From an uncultured Gammaproteobacteria bacterium (lineage in GTDB: Bacteria; Pseudomonadota; Gammaproteobacteria; Thiotrichales; Thiotrichaceae): a DNA stretch of 64,000 nucleotides. Shown here one piece after another: positions 53,736 through 61,897 of this stretch; the stretch's first letter is position 1; every line of letters starts with the position of its first letter. Position numbers and translations under genes: made by a program. The DNA lies in assembly GCA_963807855.1 (NCBI GenBank), contig CAWEEB010000038.1:76158-140157 (forward strand), in the 5' to 3' direction. The notes beneath the pieces were generated by a model. It was not told the origin of the DNA, made no database searches, and saw only the letters and a list, made by a program, of their open reading frames with translations.

Positions 53736-53758
53736 AGGTTACGCTATAAGCTTAAGGC

Positions 53759-54091
53759 TTATACACAACCCGTTGGCTTTGGAAGGCCAGCATACTTACA
53801 TGCTTGCTTACCAGGACCATATGGAAATAAAGAGTAAAGATACTTAGAGTTACCTTTGTCTTTACCTAAGCGCTTACCAACAGCTTTAGTCAAAACACGA
53901 ACTGCAGGAGCAATTTGATACTCTTCGTAATACTCACGAAGGAAATTAATGATATCCCAGTGCTCATCTGTTAAATCTACATCTTCACCAGATGCTAAAG
54001 CTTTAGCAACTTCTGGTGTCCATGAACTAAGGTCTACCAAGTAACCTTCTTCGTCTAATTCAATTGATTGACCATCTACTTCGAGTGCCAT
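53759..54091 (-). CDS. dsrC: DsrC sulfur carrier
   Basis: C-terminal ACKYAGLPKPTGCV with both conserved Cys. Confidence 0.96.
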   Translation of the reverse strand: MALEVDGQSIELDEEGYLVDLSSWTPEVAKALASGEDVDLTDEHWDIINFLREYYEEYQIAPAVRVLTKAVGKRLGKDKGNSKYLYSLFPYGPGKQACKYAGLPKPTGCV

Positions 54092-54172
54092 GTGAGCTCT
54101 CCTTTTTTAAAAAACCAAATAATAAATAGCTAAAAATCGTATTGCATATACCCTTTCGGAATGCTCTACAGG

Positions 54173-54481
54173 TTATAGCCAGCTTTGTGTCGTCTCATTT
54201 TCTACGGTTAAGTCGACAAAACCTGCATAATCAACAGCCTTAATACCATCAATCATACGACCTTCACTCAAACCTCGCGCCGCAAGATCACCACCTAAAA
54301 CATACACCGACTTATCTGCCATTGCTGCTTTAAGCTTCTCAGAAAAAGATGTTCCTTCGATTGCACCTACTGCTGCATCCTCGATCATCAATATTGAGTC
54401 ACCTGCTTTTGCGTGATTTAAACAACTTCTAAATGCCACCTTTTCAAACGGTGATTTGTTTACAATATGTAACATTGCCAT
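54173..54481 (-). CDS. dsrH: DsrH (TusB-like)
   Basis: MLHIVNKSPF, DLAARG and VDYAGFVDL motifs. Confidence 0.94.
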   Translation of the reverse strand: MAMLHIVNKSPFEKVAFRSCLNHAKAGDSILMIEDAAVGAIEGTSFSEKLKAAMADKSVYVLGGDLAARGLSEGRMIDGIKAVDYAGFVDLTVENETTQSWL

Positions 54482-54518
54482 TTCAATATTCTCCGTAACC
54501 TTTCTTAGCTGTAGCCGT

Positions 54519-54923
54519 TTAGAAGCTTAAAGTAACTTCTTGTTCAGCCATAACATCAGCCATTTCAGAACGATTTACCATAATGATTGATGGTTTTTCT
54601 GCCCAATCATCATCTTCGTCTTCCCAAACAAGATCCATAAGATCATCCTGGGTCAAACCACGCTCTTCCAAAGACTCCTTCTCAACATAAAGCTTACTGA
54701 TTTCATAATCCCCTAATGCCTTGTAAGTATTAGAGAAATTTTTCTGACCAATGCCTGTAGTGTCTTGACCTTTGGTAATCTGATATACACCATCATCAAT
54801 AAAAGCTAGAGATACATCTTGCTCAAAAGCAGCAGATATCAAAACAACTTCTAAAGACTCAAGCGCATATACTGTTCCGTAAGGAGCTTTGCGATTAACA
54901 AACATGAATTTTTTAGTAGCCAT
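54519..54923 (-). CDS. dsrF: DsrF (TusC-like)
   Basis: RKAPYGTVYALESLE and FIDDGVYQ motifs. Confidence 0.94.
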   Translation of the reverse strand: MATKKFMFVNRKAPYGTVYALESLEVVLISAAFEQDVSLAFIDDGVYQITKGQDTTGIGQKNFSNTYKALGDYEISKLYVEKESLEERGLTQDDLMDLVWEDEDDDWAEKPSIIMVNRSEMADVMAEQEVTLSF

Positions 54924-54926
54924 ATC

Positions 54927-55319
54927 TTAATCTCCAAACACTACGGTACGATCGGCTTCAATTCCGCCTTCGATCAATTGACCAAGACCTGAAATACGAA
55001 ACCCTTCAATAATATTATTGGCATCAAGTCCCTGACGTTTGGCTTCGTTTTCATCCATGACTCCACGGCGTTGTGCCGCAGCAATACAAAGAACCATATC
55101 CAACTCATGCTCTTTGGAAAGTTCAGACCACTCTTTTTGAATCAAACGATCATCAGCTGGAGGAACGCTCAAACGTGTTCCGTTATTTACGCCGTCGTGG
55201 TAGAAGAACACACGAAATATTTCATGTCCTTGTGCCAGTACCGCGCGAGCAAACTGCAAGGCAGAATCAGCAGATTGATGCTGATAAGGACCTTCGTTAA
55301 CCATAATTGTAAATTTCAT
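54927..55319 (-). CDS. dsrE: DsrE (TusD-like) sulfurtransferase
   Basis: GPYQHQ, VFFYHDGV, active-site CIAAAQRRG and SGLGQL motifs. Confidence 0.95.
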   Translation of the reverse strand: MKFTIMVNEGPYQHQSADSALQFARAVLAQGHEIFRVFFYHDGVNNGTRLSVPPADDRLIQKEWSELSKEHELDMVLCIAAAQRRGVMDENEAKRQGLDANNIIEGFRISGLGQLIEGGIEADRTVVFGD

Positions 55320-55355
55320 CTATAAATCCTGATCAATAACGATTTTAGAAACGAT

Positions 55356-56432
55356 TTAGAAACGAATGTGCGTTGACGAATTCAAGTTCGCACGCGCTCC
55401 ACGCCAGTTATCAATGTGGTACTTAGTGAAAGGCAAACCTGTAACTTCGAAGAAACGTGGCCATCCGATACGCTCAACCCACTCGTTGATACGCTCCCAA
55501 TCACGCGCACCTTCTTTGTAGCTCTCAAGAATCTTCTTAACAACTGCAGTCGCTTCAGGCCAGCGTGGTGGGTTATTTGGAATACCAGCAGCAACTAAAC
55601 GCTGGAATGTTGGCTTACCACGAGCATTAGAGTGATTACCACCGATCCAGATCGCAAGCTGGGTAAACTCATGATCATTGATCTGCATTGGAGGACATGG
55701 AGGGTAACAGGCACCACAACAAATACACTTCTTCTCATCAACTTCTAGTGACGGCTTACCATCAACCATTGCTGGACGAATCGCAGCAACAGGACAACGA
55801 GCAACCACCGAAGGGCGCTCACAAACATTACCTACTAGAGAGTGATCAATCTTAGGTGGCTTAGTGTGTTGTACGTTGATCGCTATATCACCCTGACCAC
55901 CACAGTTGATTTGACAACATGATGTTGTGATATGTACACGGTTAGGCATATTCCAGTTTGTGAATTCGTCGTACAACTCATCCATCATCGACTTTACAAC
56001 GCCCGATGCATCAGTACCCGGGATATCACAATGTAACCAACCCTGCGTATGAGAGATCGAAGCAACCGAGTTACGCGTACCACCTACTGCGTAGCCTTTA
56101 TCTTTCAACGCATCTACGAGTGGCTGAACTTTGTCTTCGTGATCCGTATAAAATTCGATATTACTGCGAATAGTGAAACGAACGTGTCCGTCTGCGTACT
56201 CATCAGCGATATCCATAAGGTCACGAAGAGTAAACACATCAAGAATACGCTGAGTACCCGCTTTTACGGTATATAATTTATCGCCGTTTTTAGCGATGTG
56301 TACCATTACACCTGGCTGTGTATCTTCATGGTAATCCCACATGCCGAAGTTACGGCGCATGGTAGGGTGCATATATTGAAAACCGTCAGGACAACCTGAT
56401 TCAATCGGTTCACGCATCTCTGGTTTTGACAT
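55356..56432 (-). CDS. dsrB: Reverse dissimilatory sulfite reductase beta subunit
   Basis: HTQGWLHCDIP, SCCQINCG, CICCGAC and NNPPRWPE motifs. Confidence 0.97.
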   Translation of the reverse strand: MSKPEMREPIESGCPDGFQYMHPTMRRNFGMWDYHEDTQPGVMVHIAKNGDKLYTVKAGTQRILDVFTLRDLMDIADEYADGHVRFTIRSNIEFYTDHEDKVQPLVDALKDKGYAVGGTRNSVASISHTQGWLHCDIPGTDASGVVKSMMDELYDEFTNWNMPNRVHITTSCCQINCGGQGDIAINVQHTKPPKIDHSLVGNVCERPSVVARCPVAAIRPAMVDGKPSLEVDEKKCICCGACYPPCPPMQINDHEFTQLAIWIGGNHSNARGKPTFQRLVAAGIPNNPPRWPEATAVVKKILESYKEGARDWERINEWVERIGWPRFFEVTGLPFTKYHIDNWRGARANLNSSTHIRF

Positions 56433-56536
56433 GGTTTTGCTCCTAAAAATCTGTTGATCTGCAAGGTAGTTACACTACCCTGCCAATAATTAAATTAAGG
56501 TTAGAGATAAGCTAAAACTAGCTAGCTGACTCTTAA

Positions 56537-57799
56537 CTAGCTAGCAGCCTTCTCTTCACGTTTACGGTTAAACCACTCTTCAGCAGCCTCATCCCAACCA
56601 TCAGTACGTACATAAGATACGTTACGTGGCTGCGCAATCATGTTTGGATCTGGATCTACTCCAATACCTTCTAGGAAATTAACCAAGCCGATACGCTCAA
56701 TCATCTCACCAGTACGCTCATGCTCAAGACCGTTCTCAGCCCAGAAATCAATGATTTCTTCAGCAAGCTCTACGATCTGCTCATAATCTTCAGCAGTTTC
56801 TAGCTTCATGAATGGCACAAGTACAGTTCCCATCAAATCACCAATCTTCAGTGTACGCTTACCACCACAAAGAATAGTTACACCTTTGTCATCACCGGGG
56901 CTGATTGCCTTAGGCACAACATTCATACAGTGCATAGAACGAACACAGTTGCTTTCGTCAGCGATCAATGAATTATCCTCACCCAAAGAAAGTGACTTAG
57001 AATGACAACGTGAAATAACATTATCCATCACATATTCAACACCTTTTTCAGCAACAAATGCCTTCCAATTGTCTTGATTTATCTTCTTGTGATCTCTCCA
57101 GGTACCAATCACTGCAAAGTCAGCGCGCTCGATAGCGTTTTGACAATCGTTAGGACAACCTGAAACTTTAAATTTGAATTTGTAAGGAAGTGCTGGACGA
57201 TGAACATCATCAGTAAAATTATTTACCAGATGACGGTGAATCGCATGCTCATTACAGTTAGACTGTTCACAACGTGCTCCACCCACACAAGACATCGCTG
57301 TTCGTACACACGGACCTGCACCACCAAGATCCCAACCGTAGTCGTTAATCTCATCAAAAAAGTGCTGAAAGCTATCATTATCAGCACCGATAAACATGAT
57401 GTTACCGGTCTGGCCGTGGAAAGTCTGAAGGCCTGAACCCCATTTTTCCCAACTATCAGCTAGCTTACGCATCATATCAGTTGTGTAGTAGTTACCTGGA
57501 GTAGGCTGCACACGTAATGTGTGGAATTCTCTAGACTCAGGGAATTTATCTCCAACTTCAGAGAAACGAGGAATAATGCCACCGCCGTAACCGAATACCG
57601 AGATTGTTCCACCTTTCCAATAACCCATCTTGGTTTCGTAAGAATGCTCAAGCTGACCTAACAAACCGTTAGTTACGTTATTGATACGCGCATCAGGGTG
57701 ATTATCACGCATATTTTTAATGCCAGTAATAAAACTTGGCCATGGGCCATCTTCTAAAACGTCCAACATCGGCGTAGGATACTTCTTGATATCAGCCAT
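56537..57799 (-). CDS. dsrA: Reverse dissimilatory sulfite reductase alpha subunit
   Basis: GPWPSF, YWKGG, CVGGARC and KFKFKVSGCPNDC siroheme-cluster motifs; ATG at 57799; dsrEFH and dsrL indicate the oxidative type. Confidence 0.97.
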   Translation of the reverse strand: MADIKKYPTPMLDVLEDGPWPSFITGIKNMRDNHPDARINNVTNGLLGQLEHSYETKMGYWKGGTISVFGYGGGIIPRFSEVGDKFPESREFHTLRVQPTPGNYYTTDMMRKLADSWEKWGSGLQTFHGQTGNIMFIGADNDSFQHFFDEINDYGWDLGGAGPCVRTAMSCVGGARCEQSNCNEHAIHRHLVNNFTDDVHRPALPYKFKFKVSGCPNDCQNAIERADFAVIGTWRDHKKINQDNWKAFVAEKGVEYVMDNVISRCHSKSLSLGEDNSLIADESNCVRSMHCMNVVPKAISPGDDKGVTILCGGKRTLKIGDLMGTVLVPFMKLETAEDYEQIVELAEEIIDFWAENGLEHERTGEMIERIGLVNFLEGIGVDPDPNMIAQPRNVSYVRTDGWDEAAEEWFNRKREEKAAS

Positions 57800-57937
57800 T
57801 ATTGCCTCCAATTAATTAATTACCTAACAGAGTATTTGTAAGCCCTGTCACTAAATTTAAGCCGCATTACACCGTCTTTAAAATTGGTATATTTACGATA
57901 TGGACCTAGTCTAATTGCTAAGCCCTAATATAAGAAT

Positions 57938-57992
57938 CTCACCCATGGGAGGTTATGAAATAATTATCCTATCCCTTAGTGGGTAGGTATAT
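57938..57992. promoter_or_regulatory. Candidate tandem operator sites in the dsrA / TauD-like divergent promoter
   Basis: Two GC-rich pseudo-palindromes (ACCCATGGGAGGT and CCTATCCC-TTAGT-GGGTAGG) in an AT-rich spacer. Confidence 0.35.
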
Positions 57993-58112
57993 TTTTTGGC
58001 ATTTTTTGGATTAATACTGACAACACCTAAAAAAGAAGTATAGAATATTCGAATATACTTAAATAGCAAGCGAATTTTATCAAACAGTTTAAGCAACAAT
58101 TACGGTAAATAT

Positions 58113-59045
58113 ATGCGATCACCCTTTTCTATAGCCAATCAAGAAGAATATTTAAGCTGGCGAGATGCCAAGCTGATGAGACTTGAAAATATCTATAAAA
58201 AGTCACCCCCCCACTTTTACGGCATTATTGAAGAAGGAGATTCTCCCTCCAGAGACGAATTAGCTAACATCTTAAAACACTGTGAAGATGACAGCCTCTC
58301 AATCTATCAAATTAAAGATCACGAGAACTACGACACAGCAGAAACCAAACGTATTATTTTATCGTTAGCAAACAAACTCGGCCTAACAAAACTGGATGGA
58401 AATATTTGTGCGGATAACGATAGCCTGACATCAATTACCCACACTGATCATGCTGGACAACATGAGTATATTCCCTACTCCACCAAACGACTTAGCTGGC
58501 ATACTGATGGTTATTACAATTTACCTGAAAACACTATAAATTCGATGCTCTTGCATTGCGCACATCCGGCTATTGAAGGGGGTGAATCTAGATTCATGGA
58601 TCATGAAATAGCGTATATTTTACTGCGTGATGAAAACCCTGAATACATAACAGCGTTGATGCAACCGGATGTATTAACCATACCCGCCAATATATTAAAT
58701 GGAAAAGAAATCAGAGCTGCACAAACTGGCCCTGTATTCTCGCTTAATACCCAAGGGCAATTACACATGCGTTATTCTGCCCGCAAAAAAAATATTGAAT
58801 GGAAGCAAGATACCCCCACATTAGAAGCTATAGCGTTTTTAGAAAAACTATTTGAAGATGGACCTAATCCATATTCTAAACACATCATCAAACATAAACT
58901 AAAAGCGGGTGAAGGCATTATTTGTAGAAATGTTTTACATTGCCGCACTGCTTATGTGGATTCTGATATTCCAGAAAAAAAACGCTTACTATTCCGAGGT
59001 CGTTTTTATGACGAATTACCGTTATTAAACGGCACCAAAAAATAG
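58113..59045 (+). CDS. TauD/TfdA-like Fe(II)/2-oxoglutarate dioxygenase
   Basis: HxD in WHTDGYYN, distal His in NVLHCRT, C-terminal RLLFRGRF; GGES motif. Confidence 0.85.
   Translation: MRSPFSIANQEEYLSWRDAKLMRLENIYKKSPPHFYGIIEEGDSPSRDELANILKHCEDDSLSIYQIKDHENYDTAETKRIILSLANKLGLTKLDGNICADNDSLTSITHTDHAGQHEYIPYSTKRLSWHTDGYYNLPENTINSMLLHCAHPAIEGGESRFMDHEIAYILLRDENPEYITALMQPDVLTIPANILNGKEIRAAQTGPVFSLNTQGQLHMRYSARKKNIEWKQDTPTLEAIAFLEKLFEDGPNPYSKHIIKHKLKAGEGIICRNVLHCRTAYVDSDIPEKKRLLFRGRFYDELPLLNGTKK
58204..58229 (+). repeat. C6 motif copy 15, inside the TauD-like CDS
   Basis: CACCCCCCCACTTTTACGGCATTATT; encodes SPPHFYGII. Confidence 0.75.
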
Positions 59046-59075
59046 TTATTATTGAAAAGATACAAGGTAATAAAT

Positions 59076-59273
59076 ATGCTTTCACTCAGTGAACTCCTGC
59101 TAAAAGAAGGAGATAATTTATCAAACTTCGAAGAACTAAAAAGCTGCATTCAAAAAACCGCAGTAGAAAATTGCGAACTTCATTTTCAAGTAGATATCGA
59201 ACCACCTGCTTATGATGATCGCCCTAGTGATTGGCACGACCAACTAAATTTAGCATTTGAATCAGCACGTTAA
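59076..59273 (+). CDS. Small acidic conserved protein of dsr-adjacent loci
   Basis: MLSLSELLL...FEELK...DIEPPAYDDRPSDWHDQLNLAF; between the TauD-like and cas6-like genes. Confidence 0.7.
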   Translation: MLSLSELLLKEGDNLSNFEELKSCIQKTAVENCELHFQVDIEPPAYDDRPSDWHDQLNLAFESAR

Positions 59274-59289
59274 CAAAGAGTATTAACAA

Positions 59290-60009
59290 ATGTTCTGGGA
59301 AGAAGATGAAGATAAAACACTCCCTTATCAGGTACCTGATGATGTCATTGATATGGTGTTTGCTATTCAAAGCAAAACGCTTCCACTAAACCATGCCTGG
59401 CCATTATCCAGAGAAATCATTAAACACTTACCCTGGATATCAGAACACAGCACTGCAGGCGTTGCTGGCATTCACCAGATTCACGTTGCCGAAAGTAATA
59501 ACGGCTGGATGCGCCCAGAAGATGACGAGGAAGGCGCTGTTCTATACCCGTCAAAAAGAACTAAACTGACACTGCGTATTCCCTCCGATAAATTTGACGA
59601 TGCGAAAAATCTGGTTGGCCAAACCTTAGATATTGATGGTCACTGTCTCGACGTCGGTAAAGCCAAAAAGAAAGACTTCACAAATGCAGGAGTGTTATTC
59701 GCACGCTATGTTTTATGTGAAGAAGGTGAAAGTGGCTTAGGCAGCGAAGAGGAAAATGCTTTTCTCATCAGAATGGCAAAGGAAATCAAAACCAAAACAG
59801 GCTTTAATGTAAAAAAAATGTTATGTGGAAAGAGTCATAATATCTCTACACCAAAGGGTGAATTAGCCACCAAACATTTAATGATTGCTGATCTGGATAG
59901 CGATACTTCCATTAAAATCCAACAACTTGGACTAGGCGGATCAAGAGAGTTAGGGTGTGGGTTATTTCTGCCACATAAGAGCATCAAGACCCTAAAACCC
60001 ACCGAATAA
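59290..60009 (+). CDS. cas6: Orphan Cas6-like (Cmx6/MYXAN-type RAMP) protein
   Basis: C-terminal G-rich loop QQLGLGGSRELGCGLFLP (GhGxxxxxGhG); N-terminal DMVFAI..KTLPLNH..PL and GIH; RTKLTLRIP..LVGQTLDIDG. Confidence 0.75.
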   Translation: MFWEEDEDKTLPYQVPDDVIDMVFAIQSKTLPLNHAWPLSREIIKHLPWISEHSTAGVAGIHQIHVAESNNGWMRPEDDEEGAVLYPSKRTKLTLRIPSDKFDDAKNLVGQTLDIDGHCLDVGKAKKKDFTNAGVLFARYVLCEEGESGLGSEEENAFLIRMAKEIKTKTGFNVKKMLCGKSHNISTPKGELATKHLMIADLDSDTSIKIQQLGLGGSRELGCGLFLPHKSIKTLKPTE

Positions 60010-60019
60010 GATCTATAGT

Positions 60020-60116
60020 CACCCCCCCACTTTTACGTGGTTTTTCAAACTTCACCCTGGTTGGTAGTCACTGTATTCCAACGTTGTCTTCGCTGCGTTT
60101 CGGCTAGGCACTTTTC
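60020..60116 (+). repeat. C6 motif copy 16, long form
   Basis: CACCCCCCCACTTTTACGTGGTTTTTCAAACTTCAC...TTCCAACGTTGTCTTCGCTGCGTTTCGGCTAGGCACTTTT; collinear with 10205-10305. Confidence 0.85.
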
Positions 60117-60172
60117 TTTTGTTATACTACTATAATCATATCTCTGCACAATCTATTAACCGGTAAAACCTA

Positions 60173-60553
60173 ATGCAAATTGAAAAGCTAGACCACGTTA
60201 ATGTGCGAACTATTCAACTCGATAATATGATTAAATGGTATACGAGTGTTTTAGGAATGCGTATTGGAGATCGACCCAACTTCCCTTTTCCCGGCGCATG
60301 GTTGTATGCAAACGATATTGTTATGGTGCATCTGATTGGAATTGAAGGACCTGAGGGTATAGGTTCAGAAGCCTTTTTGAAGCTTGAGCATTTTGCTTTC
60401 CGCGCATCGGGTCTTAGCGAGTTTGAAACAAAACTACAAGAGATGAATGAAGATTATCGTCGTGTAGATCTTTCCGCGGCAAATACGGTTCAAATAAATA
60501 TTTGGGATCCAGACCGCAATCATATCCATGTGGATTTTACTGCAAATGAGTGA
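60173..60553 (+). CDS. VOC/glyoxalase family protein
   Basis: LDHVNVRT, RPNFPFPGAWLY, EHFAF and DPDRNHI motifs. Confidence 0.88.
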   Translation: MQIEKLDHVNVRTIQLDNMIKWYTSVLGMRIGDRPNFPFPGAWLYANDIVMVHLIGIEGPEGIGSEAFLKLEHFAFRASGLSEFETKLQEMNEDYRRVDLSAANTVQINIWDPDRNHIHVDFTANE

Positions 60554-60982
60554 ATCTAAGCTAACACTGACTAAACCTTAATTAACTTTATAAGTCACAC
60601 TTCTAGCAGTAATATAATAAAAATGTATAGCGAATTTTTCGTTTTGTTTTATGGAATGTTAAACACATTCATCAATATATTGCATTAGAGTTACGTTTGT
60701 TTAACTCAAAAAACTCAGTTTGCAACTCATTTTCAAATAATAGCTAACACTGAAACACGATTACTAAATAACATAATATTCTTTAATAAACACCCTCAAG
60801 ATAAATAGTAATTATTAACACCAAAAGCCTGACTTATCATGAACATTCTTTTCAACCACTCATCAGCAAAAACTAGCATAACTGAAACTAATGTGTATAA
60901 CTAAAAGCGTAAACGGCTTACCGCTAATTGCTGCTCACTACTTAATCTAAAAAATAATCAATAGAATAAATAGTGGCAATAC

Positions 60983-61350
60983 ATGTCAGGAATTCGCACT
61001 GTTCTAATCGCTGAAGATCCTGAAAAACAACCGTTGCATTTGAAATCAATTCTAGAGTCTGCCGGTTACCATACTTATAACAGTAAATTAAGGAAATGAG
61101 GCAATTTCGTTGAGTCAGTCATTATCTCCTGACGCCATTATGCTGGATGTTGTTATCGAAGATGGAGATAGCTATAAAGTCCGTCGCCCAATCAAGAAGA
61201 ACCCAGATACAAACAATACGCCTATCATTATGGTTTACCTCAAATCCAGTAGAAAAACAATGGGCAAGACAATTAGATGCAGAATATCACATCGTAAAAC
61301 CTTACGAAAACTCTGAAGCATTAGAAAACCCCCAAGACATACAGAAGTGA
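60983..61350 (+). pseudogene. Degenerate CheY/PilH-like response regulator
   Basis: Across frames reads MSGIRTVLIAED...LESAGY / PDAIMLDVVIEDGDSYKV...IKKNPDTNNTPIIMV / EKQWARQLDAEYHIVKPY. Confidence 0.7.
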
Positions 61351-61417
61351 TATTAGCAATATAATCATAGACTTAAATAATAAATTTAACTTAACTATTT
61401 AATTAAGGAGTTTTCAG

Positions 61418-61897
61418 ATGATTACTTTGGAACAGGAACAGACCACAGTCAATGTAGAAAGTGTCGTTAAAGATAATGAAGAATCATTTTCTGCAACACC
61501 TAAAAAAGCTATTGATCTGAGTACCAGCAGTAATAACTACGATATAGCTGAAAATGAATTAAATAATAAACGGTTTTGTTATTCAAAAGGGTCTAAAAAT
61601 TTTCTTATAGAAAAAGATTTGAAGGCAGAAACATTAAAAAATACGCCTAAAAATCTGATTCCATTTAAACCAGACTGGCTTATGGGAATTACCAGTATCA
61701 GAACTGTAATGATGCCAGTGATTAATATCGGTGAGTTGATAAACACTCAGACAAAATCTACAAAAAAAGCCATTGATAAATTGAAACAGCATCAGGAAGG
61801 AAGAAATCAAAAAAAAGGTTATCTGTTAAAATTTGAACATAATGCTGATTCTCCGATTGTTATAAAAAAGTATAAAGTTTCGTTGAGGGCTGCATGA
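61418..61897 (+). CDS. CheW/PilI-like protein, probably degenerate
   Basis: IPFKPDWLMGITSIRTVMMPVINI resembles the CheW signature; strong AGGAG RBS. Confidence 0.6.
   Translation: MITLEQEQTTVNVESVVKDNEESFSATPKKAIDLSTSSNNYDIAENELNNKRFCYSKGSKNFLIEKDLKAETLKNTPKNLIPFKPDWLMGITSIRTVMMPVINIGELINTQTKSTKKAIDKLKQHQEGRNQKKGYLLKFEHNADSPIVIKKYKVSLRAA

Noticed and set aside
56518-56546. Two CTAGCTAGC copies at the dsrA stop
   Set aside because: Too short and found only here; no support for a function.
60010-60980. CRISPR array near the cas6-like gene
   Set aside because: No regularly spaced direct repeats with unique spacers seen here or elsewhere in the window; the C6 motif is dispersed, not arrayed.
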